Source: Styela clava
Taxonomy: Eukaryota
Assembly: GCF_964204865.1 (NCBI RefSeq)
Contig: NC_135250.1
Coordinates: 1,426,001-1,490,000, forward strand
Length of the DNA stretch: 64,000 nucleotides
Direction: 5' to 3'
Shown here: positions 1 to 12,000 of the stretch, one piece after another
Position numbering within the stretch: position 1 is the stretch's first letter
How the letters are laid out: each line of letters begins with the position of its first letter
Made by a program: the position numbers and the translations under genes
Notes under the pieces: model-generated
What the model was told of the DNA's origin: nothing
The model's input: only the letters and a program-made list of their open reading frames with translations
The model's database searches: none

Positions 1-1191
1 ATCAAAGGTTCAAGCAACATTCATTCAGTTTATTGCTCAACTAAAGGCCACCAATACCTTATCAAAGAATACATAGTCTTGCCCAGACAAAATGTGAAAC
101 ACCATTACAAGCAGAAAGTTACCCCCACCAAAATGAAGCATAGATCAGCAAAATGAAGATCTTGAGGGTCCACGAGATAGAGGGACAACCAAACCACAAG
201 ATGTCAAAGAATTTAATAAATTTATTTTAATTCAAGTGGGTGTGATGAGCTCGATTTTATTGGCATTGTCTAATGGTTGAATCTTCTGAGTGAGTATAAA
301 TTTAGGTAGGCAATGCAGAACAGGCCAGCTAACTGGCTGGCTGCTTGCACAAAGACATAAATATCAATTTTAATCAAAAATCAAACAATTGGTAATCATC
401 ATTTAAATATTATAATATTGTCATGTATAATCAAAATATAGATTTAATACAATTTTGCAATTCAGAAAACAAAAAATTATTCTTTATGGAGTCAGCTCTG
501 GAAATTTTTTTCACTTTCCTAAAAACAAAATAATTTTGATTAGGATAAGAATTTCATGCCCAAGAGTTTTATCAAAATCAAACACAGTGAACGCTTTAGC
601 CATTATGGTCTATTTCTTTATATTTTAGAATGAATATGGAGGGGCGTTGACTGATTGGGGATTGGACTGAAAAGAGCAATACGACTGTTCTCGGTTAAAT
701 CAGGTAATCAATCAATCCCACAACACAAATAGACTACGGTAATTCACAGTTCTGTATCCAGTGAAAGGTTAATTTAGAGCAAGAATTGACCACAAAGATT
801 ATTTCTGCAAATTCCATAGCAGTTTCATTTGAAATATTATCATTTCGTACAATGAAAGCGTCACAGTGTGACTAAAATTTTCATTTTATTCCACAACTTG
901 TGACTTGTGTCAAATATTATGTTAAAATGTTCTTCAACCTGACTTATCGCAGCATAATCTTAGTAAAATAGGAGGCTTGAGTCAACCAAACAAAATGACA
1001 GTGACTCAACTTGGCTTTTTCCCCAAAAAAAAGGCTTTCAACAAGCTGCCACTAACATTAGAAAACCACCACCTCTAGAAAAAACAAAATCTTTGTAGTT
1101 TAGCATATTGCCTCATAATTAATTACACAGTTGTTGAGAAAAAAGACATAGATTTTGAATAGACACTTTCTTGACTAGAACAAATACTCAC

Positions 1192-4100
1192 CGATTCTAT
1201 GATAAACTTTTATTTTTTCCCCTTTTATACCATCAGAGTTTTGTACTCTTATCTGGAACTCGTATTTGTCTCCATATTCCCATTGCGGCAGATCGACTAG
1301 AACAAAATTTTCTTTAACGAAGTATGTGCGAATGTATTGATTTCGAAAGAGTTTCACTTTCTTAATCTTGACCTTGTATCTGATGATTCCTTCACATACA
1401 GCTCCCCACTCAACTTTGATCTGGCCTTCTTCTTCAGAAACTTGTGGATCTTCTGGCACAGGAATTTCTAAATTGTGAAATACCAGCTGCAGTTATTGGA
1501 CTTTCATAAATATTAAATATTGTGAAAGCCTTTTAAACAAAAATATCTTGGAACAACCGGGGTTGTAATCAAATTCTTTTTCAAATGGCTGGGAATTTGA
1601 TGTCAAGTATAAATTCTAGAACTCACCGCCCAGATTGGGGTCACAAACAGCGTTAATTAAGTAGAAGTCCCATAAAACTAAACTAGCAATCCTAGACGAG
1701 GGTCACCAGAGTCTTGAGCCGACCAAAACTCCTACTTGATATCTTATAAGTACGATTAATTTCATTTATATGAAGCTAGTCTTTGATAAATGATGACTGA
1801 AGTCAATGAATGGAGCCTCCCGAACAAACACCTCGTGGGGAGACTGATATTGATTGACAGTTGCCACATTGCATTGCATGTTAGTCACGATGACATCTCT
1901 GATAACACTGAATGCGTGAGCAGGCTTTAATCTTGTTCTAATTATCCCCATAATATTTACTGCAAAAACATACTAGTTTTGTAGTCGGTTGATGATACTA
2001 GTCCTTCACTATCAGCTGAATTTTTTGGGCAAACCTCAACAGTATATTGTGTTGCAGCACACTTCTCCCATTTATATTTTTTCCTTCTGACATGTTTATT
2101 AATATCAAATGGCTGAAAATGAAAATATGAAAGCTTTAATGATTCAGACACCATTCAATTGGTTAATCTGCATTTCCCCTCCAGGGAAGGATTTGAGTAC
2201 AGAAATTTTCCAGAACAATTTGCTCAAAACACACTCACTTAGCAGTAAAAAAGACTACTAAACAAGGTTACAGGTGACCACAGTATATCAACAGCTACTG
2301 AAAGTTAAGTTCATGGTTCTGAAAACAAATAACTGGCTAACTAATCCCATACCGGATAGGGCTTGTAACCGGACGAGAGACTGTGATTCGTCATATGATT
2401 AAGCTGTTTTATCAGTTCTCCTCTCCCTTGGGATAATTATGTAAATCCTATACTAACTATAAAGATATGGTAATGCACTCACTCAGAAGTAAAACAGACA
2501 AATGTCTGTGTGAATGTTATGGCCAACCATGATAATACCAAGAGCTACTAAAACAATATGAAAAGATAAGGGTGTATGAGATGAATTAATTTCAAATAAA
2601 AAAGGTAAAATTTAAACAATAATCTAAAATCTAAACACATATAAACATCATGCTTCATTATTTTATTCACACTCTAGAAGTCATAACATGAAACCAGAGT
2701 CGGGAATTGAAGAAATTTGTGAAGATGCCGATGATTATACTAAGTGAAACAAATTACCTCAGGGTCTCTAACACTTTTTTCAACAGCAATATTTTTCTTA
2801 TAAATCCTAACTTCACATTTTGCAGTGCGTTGGTCCTGTTTCCAACTAGCTTTCAACTTCTCAGAGGAGCTCTTCTTGATTGCTAATGATGTAACTTTGG
2901 CCGGAGCTGTTTTTACAAAGAGGGAATGTTATTTAAAAAAACGATGTACTTGGGAGAGATATTAGTTATAAACATTCAAGGCATTTCAATTAAATTACGG
3001 TATGTATGACATTGATAAGTTGTTTGAAAATTTTTTTTTTACAAAGAAATTCTGAATTCATCTGAAAATGTCAGGTTAAATCCCATGACAACTCACACAT
3101 CCATAGGATAGGATAGGATTTACATATTTATCCCGGGGGAGAGGAAAGCCGATAAGACGGCTTATCCATATGGCGAACCACGGCCTCTCGTCCGGTTACC
3201 ATTCCAAGTCGGGTATGGGATTAGTTATATTGTTTGTCTTCGGAAGCATGGACTTGGTGGTGGAGGAAGCCGTAACCGACCAGCGGTTACGTGAACCACC
3301 CAACGACGGCGAGGAGTCCAGCAATCCTCTCGCACATAACCATCCCTGCATGGGATTCGAACCTGCGAACCCAAGCAGAGTAATCAGAGGTGCGGTGGCG
3401 AGCGTATTCCTAACGCCTAGCCCGTTGAGCCACACCGCCGCGCCATATTGTACCTAGTTAACATGTGACAAATCGGCGATGTGACACATCGAACTATGCG
3501 CTAGGGATACGTGTGCCACTGCACCTCTGATTACCCTGCGTGGATTCGCAGGTCTGAATCTCATGCAGGGTTGATGATGTGCGAGAAGATTGCTGGTCAG
3601 TTACGACTTCCTCCAACATCTAGTCCATGCTTCTAAATAACTGGCTAATTAATTCTATACCCCACATGGACTGGTAACCAAACGAGAAGTCGTGGTTCGC
3701 CTTATGATTAAACCGTCTTTTTGACATTGACATCTTATTAACATCTGTCTTTTAACCACTAACAGGATACATGTCACTCAATACAATATTTACTTTTGAT
3801 AACAGCAGTTTTCATCCGAAATCAGATCAGATTGCATTGTTATCTTTTGAATAACGTAATAGATGTACATCTTGTCTAAATCTTAATTCACCTTATTTCA
3901 CTTCCAAGCCGTCTCATTGGCTTTTTTTCTCTGATAAATCCTATCCTTTTTAAAAAAATTACGGTACATGAAATGTTATGTGGGAGAAACTTCCATTATT
4001 TTAGAATTTATAAAAAATAACACGAGTTAACAAATAACATATAACATAGTTTTATGTAGACTTACTAAACTGAACATTTGCCTCCTGTGCTTTGCTGTGC

Positions 4101-5685
4101 AATCCATATTGATTTCGAACTTCAACTCTAACAGTATACACACGATTATCAGTGAAGCCTTTTCCGCGATACTCATTCCTGTCCAGTATCTTGCTTACTA
4201 CTTTTGGCTTCGAAGCCTCATCCACATTTATCTCATAATCTATAAATTTTCCATCTGGTATGTCCCATTTCGCTTCTATCTTGTCGTGTCCAGAACAGGT
4301 GACCTCAAGATTTTTCACACAGTTTGCAGCTGAAAGTGAGAAATAGCTCAAAACCTATAATACTGACCTATATTATTTAAACAAAACTCAAAATTTATGA
4401 TATTTCATGAAAATCACTTTTTGGAATTCTTATTTTTATTTAAAATGATAATTCATCATTCAATTTTAATTTTATAATATAACACTATTCGAATATGATT
4501 GCCCCCATGTTAAATATAGTCTAAAAAATATAACTGGTATTTCCCAATTCCATTAGAAAGTCAAATCTTGGGACAGTAAAATAGGGATATCCTATCCTAG
4601 TAGCTGAATAAAGTGATATAGTTTGCAAATCGCCTCTTCAGTTGTTATAGCAGCCTTGATTAAACCATGATTGATAAGAAAATTCCTGACCTGTATAGAT
4701 TTTGATGCCTATTATTAATTAAAAACCAATATTTGTTTTAACATAGCACCTATTTTTCCCAACCTGAAGACTTACGTGTATGCACAATTTCAGAGGTGAG
4801 AGATTGTTCAGAATTCTCAATTGTAACTTTAAACCTATAGCTTGATGATGGTTGTGGTTGATTGTGAATAAAACGATTATCATTATATTCATTATGAGCC
4901 TCCCCTTCTTTTGTGCCATTTTTAATAATTTCGATGAGCACTCGAGCATCATTCTCATCCGGAGCATTTACAAATTCCCACTTAACCTCGATACAACTTT
5001 GTGAACCGTCATCATTCAAGTATTTAAATTCAGCTTTCAAATCACTGATTTTCGGTCCTGTATGAAAAAATTATTTATCTTCAGCTATAGTTGTGCAACT
5101 ATGATAGGATAGTATAGGATTTGCATATTTATCCCGGGGGAAAGCATATGGCTGACCATGTTCGCTTATCTGGTTACCAGTTCATGTCGGGTTTGGGATT
5201 AGTTGGCCAATTATTTGTTTTTGGAAGCATGGACTTGATGGTGAAGGAAGCCGTATGGTGGTTTCTTGTACAAAACATACTCGCCTTACTAACTGTTATT
5301 TGTAACTTATTGTTAGCCAGATATTTTCCAGGTAGGGCGAGAGACTTGGAAAATTCTAAAAAATGCCGTGGCTCAAAAAGTTTAAGAACTCTTCATCTAG
5401 ACAGATAAAAGAATGTAGGTACCATGGACAGCATCAATGCCCTGTTAAGATAATAATATTATTCTGGCTACTCATGCTCCATTGATTTCTGGCAGTGGGT
5501 GAGTCGACCCCCAAACAGAAATGTATTTTTACTAGCATTTTTTTCTTCATTTATGATATTTTAGTGTTTTACTTTTGTCAACATTACTAAGAATGCCAAT
5601 TATGAAAGGTTTTTATGAACACTTTTAACTCACCAAGGTTTTCATTCTGTTCCCCATTGTCCAATGCTCTTGCAGCTGCAGCCAT
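1192..5685 (-). CDS. Intracellular fibronectin type III repeat protein, paralog B (4 FN3 domains visible; 3' part presumably continues beyond the left window edge)
   Basis: Phase-compatible GT-AG exons 5685-5634, 5057-4776, 4329-4066, 2906-2758, 2112-1974, 1467-1192 give MAAAARALDNGEQNENLGPKISDLKAEF..IEVKWEF..SSSYRFKVTIEN / PANCVKNLEV..IEAKWDIP..VYTVRVEVRNQYG / TPAKVTSLAI..LKASWKQ..QYTVEVCPKN / PVPEDPQV..IKVEWG..KYEFQIRVQNSDG. Each repeat has the FN3 P..L..W and Y.h.V...N..G hallmarks. The first exon and start codon are less certain. Confidence 0.8.
3103..3444 (-). mobile_element. Full-length SINE copy (same family)
   Basis: Reverse complement of 28793-29140, with an (ATAGG)n tail on the left and CCATA at both flanks. 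Confidence 0.92.
3500..3720 (+). mobile_element. Degenerate, internally deleted SINE copy, head-to-head with 3103-3444
   Basis: gcacctctgattaccctgcgtggattcgcagg...ggtaaccaaacgagaagtcgtggttcgcc matches the SINE consensus. Confidence 0.8.
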
Positions 5686-6208
5686 TTCTTGATCGTGTTG
5701 CTTTAGAGTTGCAAACAGTTATGATTGTTACCTACTGTAGGGCATAAGACAGTTGCAAACCAACCACAGTCTGACAATATCAAACTGTCATCACACTCTT
5801 AATTCTGTAAATAGAATTAAGAAAAGAGTCACATTCATATTCAATAAACTTCAATAAACTCAAACTTCAAATGGAGTTGGCATATGAAGGAGGACAAAAC
5901 GCTTGCACAGACAACTAACTAAAGACAACTTGCCAACTGAGAGAAGTGGTTAGTTGTCTGCCTTGTCACATTTTCTACGGCAACGTTTTAAGATTAGTTT
6001 CACCTTTTCAGACCTAATGTAACAAATTTAAAAACATTTTGATTTTGAATTGGACAAATTTTACAAAATGCTACTTCTATTGCTATTCAAATCAATGTTG
6101 AGTAGAATTACCCTGACTGATTTTTGAAGTCGAGTCAGTCATTGAGTTAAGAAGTCTCAACGGTGGATAGTTGAGTAAGAGTCCAAATCATTCCAATTAG
6201 ATGACATA

Positions 6209-6480
6209 CCGTATATCTTCGCATATAAGACGAGTTTAAAACTCAAAAAAAAGGTTGCCAAACTAAGGGATCGGCTTATACATGAATAACTCTGATCCCA
6301 CTAAAAATTTGTCTAATATGTACATAACTCCGATCGTACTGATTCTCTTCTGCAACCATTTGCTGTGATAGGAGCGTATATGGCGTGTTATGATTTGTAG
6401 GGTCGGCGGATATGCAAAATTTAATAAATTCATCATTTTAGGGCCATTTTTATGTTCAGCTTATATGCGAGGATATAAGT
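6209..6480. mobile_element. Decayed Tc1/mariner(pogo)-type MITE with CCG terminus
   Basis: TA-CCGTATATCTTCGCATATAAG ... CTTATATGCGAGGATATA inverted ends. Confidence 0.6.
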
Positions 6481-7928
6481 CGTTTTTAGTCTTTAATGAA
6501 TGGTAATTTCAGTTGAACCCATGATATGGGCCTCCCTCACAATTTTTCAAATAGGCACAAATCAAGATATGGGATAGTTGCATTTTTCCAAGCAGCGTAC
6601 TGAAGCTTTCAAACAAGGAGATATTGCTTCAATATATCAAGCTCATATAAAATAGTAAATTCATGTACATAGAGTGATGAAGCAAGGAAGCACCAATGAA
6701 AAAAATAAGAACCATAATGAAGTGCAAAGATAATTCAGTTGAAGAAATGATGAAAATATACGAAGCAGGTATGGTACAGTTCACATAGAAAAAAAGTGAA
6801 ATAGAAGCCACATAATATAAAAATTAGGAACTTAATGGATGAAGCAACAATTTTACTATGCTGTTACTAGTAGCAAATTTAAGATCTCGAATGAGGTTGA
6901 CAAAATATTTGGCCGCAGTAATAAAATTGAAATGCAGATTTGTAGCTTTTATATTTGTATAGTAAATCCCAAAAATGGACATAGAAATAAAACGAAAAAA
7001 AGTACAGCATCGAAACACAGACAAAAATGTGGCATCTGGTACGAAATGACATACCGTAAGATAAAAAGGCTCAATTCTGAAAAATGTGGCATGAGTTACC
7101 ATGGCTTCACTGCGAGTATTTACAAATAATTAGTATCAAACATGCAAATTCATACTGACAGTCAGCATATAGCGATCAGCAGCTAAGCATTCAGTCATCT
7201 TATCGACTTTCGTTGGAGCAAAGATATACAGGGGGGCTATAATGTAAAAAAGCTTGAAATTTCAAATGGTTTTTATATGCTACTGTAACAGAATATTATA
7301 ACACCCTGTATATAAAACTTAGGACATTTTTCAGTTATAACCCTCCCCCTCTCCCACACACACACTAAATAGCGGATGTATTGATTAAAATGAAGGAGCG
7401 CATAAACAAAATACTTTCATTAGCGAGTGTGAGTAACTGGAAAGGTCTAAAATTTTAAGTTGGGTATTCTTGAGATCTAACAATGATTTAAGTATTGTGT
7501 ATGAAATCCATGTTCCCAAATATAATGAAATATAGCTAAAAAATGGAGAAAAAAATAAACAGCATAAAAGTATGAAAATATCAGCTGAACAAAGAATTCT
7601 TTGAGAGGTTGCGAGAGGTTTTATTGTTCTGAAGTAGAACAGACTCAGACATTTATGTGCAATAATCAATGTAAAGCAATGAAATGCATATAATAATAAA
7701 ACTAACAAAAACGGAAAATGTTGATTTCATAGCAGTTCATGAGGGTCAGCGTCACTACCTTGCTGAATTTGAGCAGCAAATATAGCGAAAAAACAAATTG
7801 ATAAGAAATCGGGTTAAAATACACGATTAAGAAAAATAAAATATTAGTGTCAGGAACTGAAGAAATGAAGATTTATTTCGTGTATATAGTATATCAGTGA
7901 CATCTAGTCGTAAGGATATGCAGCAATC

Positions 7929-8141
7929 GGCGCTCCAGAAGTGTGTGTACTAATATGAGGTAACTGATTTTGTTCGCCTACTTTACATCAAGTTGTGTAA
8001 AGGGACTGAAACCTATGGGCAGGGGGTATATTCACTTGGCTAACACAGACAGTCCCCGAACTTTTAGTAGAACTAAAAAAAAGAAAATTCGAATGAAAGT
8101 ATGGCCTAACCCTGACCTGGTACATACACTATGGGAGAACC
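7929..8141. mobile_element. Related MITE (second copy inverted at ~12138-12343)
   Basis: GGCGCTCCAGAAGTGTGTGTAC...CCTAACCCTGACCTGGTACATACACTATGGGAGAACC; TSD CAGCAATC. The shared spurious ORF motif YIHLANTDSPRT appears in both copies. Confidence 0.8.
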
Positions 8142-9039
8142 CAGCAATCAGCGCAAGCGAAGCAAAGTTATGCTGTGTGGAATTACCAGGCAGGTGTTAG
8201 ACCAGTGGTTCCCAATCTTTATTAATTCGTGGCACATTTTACTTGCAGAAAAATTCTGTAGAACATCAACTTTTTTATACAAGGGAAGAATTACAGAAAA
8301 ACAAAAAATTTTTTTTATAAAAATAGACACATCACTTTATTATCATTCATTACTACTACAATAAAATTGAACCTCTTCATAAATAACAAACATATTGTGG
8401 CCCATGAAAATGTTACTGTGGCCCATGGCCCACTGGTAGTGTAGTAGTGATAGATTGCAAACCGATGTGTTAGACTACGTGGGCGTCACAGGTTGCACAG
8501 CTTGGATTTAAATTCCATAGTCTCAAAATAAATATCTCTCATCATTTTAAAACTCTTATTTTTGAGGTGTTTTCTCTGCCAACAAGAGGCCACTGTATAT
8601 TAGGGCTACAAATATATTTGGAAAACAATTTACTAAAGCTCTACATTAAGTAAAAAGCTTCTCATTGTGCATTTTCTCAACCAGTAGACCCAGGTCTGGC
8701 CCTTGGGCCCCATTAGGTGGCCACCAAGCAGATCTCTGGCAAGCACGAGGTACCATTAGCATTGACTGTGATTTGATAAAAATTTTTATCTCTGATTCAA
8801 TTATCTTTTTGCTTTTGTTTGTTGGCTTTATTCCTATTAAACATGGTTAAGGGCACAAAATAATTGATGAAATACAATTGGCATTTTTCGAAGTGTTGAG
8901 GGGTCGCTAGAGATCAAAAAAGTTTGAGAATAACTGCACCGGACCCCCTTTAGAAATAAAAAGTTTCCATCTTCCGAAAAAATATCAAAAATCATATTAA
9001 CTCTTCAGTGCAATAAAGTCTAGCAGTGTCGTTGTCTTC

Positions 9040-12000
9040 TTATTCGAATGCAGCATTCGAGGAGCCAGAACTTTCACCTTTCAATGCTCTAGGGACCACA
9101 TGAGCACTCACATGTCCTGTAAAAAAACAAACGGAATCATCATCACAATTATTATCTGTCAATATTGGGCATGTCTGCCACCAGGTATATTCATGTAGAG
9201 CAGGGGTGTGCAAATTGCGACCGGCGGGCCAAATGCGGCCCACAAGGGAAAATTGTGCCCACGGAGAAGTGCCTGAGTGCAAACCTAGCAAGCAAAATCT
9301 TGTTGTAAAATATACAATGTTATAGAATACATGTTTTTCACCGAATTCGTTTGAAGTAGGTGGGACCATGAATTTGAAGACCAGTTTTCTTCAGAAATTT
9401 ATGCGTTTTAACTCACCATTTCTGTAGGACCCTAATAATGCCGTAAGATTAATAATATCAATTTCGTGCTGGCAACTACTAGAAAGGCTATCTTAAATAA
9501 AAGTGTGGCCCGTGGCTTCCCCCAGTTTTTTAGTATCAGGCACTCCTGTAATAAAGGTTGCACACCCCTGATGTAGAGTAATGATGTTGTTAGCAAAGCG
9601 ATGTCATTTGCCAGTATTTTGAATTTATTCCGAGCAAAACTTCCCCGGGGCGTCATGTCGTATATACAAGGTGTCTCAAAGTAAGTATACACTCTTCATT
9701 TTGATTTGCTTTTCTCGTACTAATCATAGAGCGTTTATTTCTTCAGAAAACACAGTATGGATTAGTTGTAAAATTTAGGTATTGTTTGCATTTTTTGTCA
9801 ACCCACAGAATGACAAGGAGATTAAGCCAAAAAATGAGGTGCAAAATTGCTGGCAAGAAGCATATAAATCAGTAAGGCAAACTCAACGCCTCTTTAACAG
9901 AGAATTTGGAATTAATTCGGCTCCTACACGACGCACAATTATGCAATTCATCATAAATGTATGGAAACTGGATCTGTAGTTTATGCACAAAGATCAGGAA
10001 GACCAAGGAGCGGTCGCTCTGGGGAAAACATTCGGAGCCAAATTAATTCCAAATTCTTTGTTAAAGAGGCGCTGAGTTGGCAGCTGTTTTGGCTTTAGTA
10101 TGTGGTGATTGATAATTCTCTCTGATTCGGAATAATCGGATAATTCAGAAAGAAGGTTGGGAACCAGTGATGTAGAGGAATCGAGTCACTTTGATAAATG
10201 ATGACTAGGGTCGATTCAATGACTCAGACCTTCCCTACCTGCTTTAACTGAAAGATGGTTTTGAACTTGATCCGGATTCACATTGATATTTGCACCATTG
10301 TTGAGAGTAACTCTTCCTCCATTTTCACCAAGGTTACATAGAGCTGCATGCAGATGCCCAATATGGTTCACAGTAGTAGGTTGCAGCTGTGCACCTGAAT
10401 ATCAGATAAGATAAGATTTAGATATTTATCTTGAGGGAGAGGAGAGCCGATAAGACGGCTTAACCATATGGCGAACCACAACCTCTCTTCTGGTTACCAT
10501 TTTATGTCGGGTATAGGATTAGTTAGTTATTTGTTTTCGGAAGCATGGACTTGATTGTTGAGTAAGCCGTAATTGACCAGCAGTTACTTGAACCACCCTA
10601 CTGCGGCGAGGAGTCTAGCAATCCTCTCGCACATAACTATCTCTGCATAGGATACAAACCTGCAAACCCACGCAGAGTAATCAGAGGTGCGGTGACGAGC
10701 GTATTCCTAACACTTAGCACGCTGAGCCACACCATCGCACCACGCACCTTTTTTAGAATTTTTCACGTTTCAAGCAGCGCCCTCTTTTTGGAATTTGTCA
10801 AGTCTCAAGCCCCATCTCAAAAATAAATAGCTAACAATAAGCTACAATTAACTGCTTGTAAGGCAGGAAAATAAGACAAGCACGATAGCTCTCTGCAATC
10901 TCTCAACAATGAAAAAATGTAAAAATCCATAACAAGGTGATCAAGATCAAATCTACAAATATTTTCATATTTAATTAGTTTCAAGCCCCCTCAAAAATTG
11001 TTTAACCCCCGTTGTGGGGCGCATCTCACCGTTTGAGAACCACTCCACTAAAGCATAATGCTTCATTATCAGTATAAATATTTTTAATAGCTGTTGATAT
11101 TTCAGTGCTTGGCCGTGATTTTGCTAACAGATAGAATATTAGCTTGGATTTTCAAGTTTGACCAAATGAAATTGACATATGGAAAACACTACTATCTATC
11201 TATACCTGTATTAATGGTAAATGGATTCGTTCTCAAAGTCCTGCTTGCTTGTCCATCTTCTTCTAGCTTGAATTCGAGAGTGTACTTTCCACTGTGGCGC
11301 GCTTCAACGCAGAAATTCAGTGACACCGCTTGGGCACCGAGCATGCATTGTTGTTCCATTTCATGGCCTTCCGCCGGGAAAATTTGCACGGTATTCTCTT
11401 TGCAACGAATGTTGTTCTTGTATTTCTTTGTGCTGTGAAGAACCACAGACATTGGTTTGGGATGAGCGGACTTGTAACCGTTTTCTTTCCACTCTTCAAC
11501 ATCGGCTTTCAAACTATTTTCTTCTGAGCCGTAAATAACTGTGATATCATGATCAGCCTTTACAAGAATATGCATCCTAATTTTGACCAATCCACCTATA
11601 AGGCAAGAAACATAGAACACATGGAAAAGTTTCATAATTCAAAGCTTTCAAGGTGACTTAAAATTGGTGGTTAAAGCATTCGACCCGTGGTTTCCCACCT
11701 TTTATGGATCATAGCCCAATTCCAAAGGCGTTTAGCACTCAAGGTCCTCTGTTTTTCATTCCTGTGGTATTCACAAGGTAATTTTGATTGATATATTCCA
11801 AATTCCATTATGTTTAAACAATATATGGAGTTTCTTGCGGAGTGAATGTGAAATAAGTTTTTCTCCTAGCTTTGTGGCCCTTCTCCAACTGTTCTGTGAC
11901 CACCTTGGGGGCCACGGGCCCCCAGTTGAGAATCGCTGTGTTAGACTTAATTATATAGATGATGCAGGTTAAATATCTTACAATTTTCAATTTCCATGCT

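Noticed and set aside
3170-3457. ORFs 3170-3457, 3196-3435, 5121-5408, 17251-17463, 31856-32128, 32388-32648, 55032-55274, 56278-56586 sharing motifs like FGSMDLMVEEAVTDQRLREPP
   Set aside because: They are translations of the same SINE in different copies, not a protein family.
6629-7708. Hydrophobic short ORFs (6629-6811, 7385-7708) as membrane peptides or signal exons of FN3 gene B
   Set aside because: They are the expected by-product of T-rich sequence; no supporting splice phase or homology.
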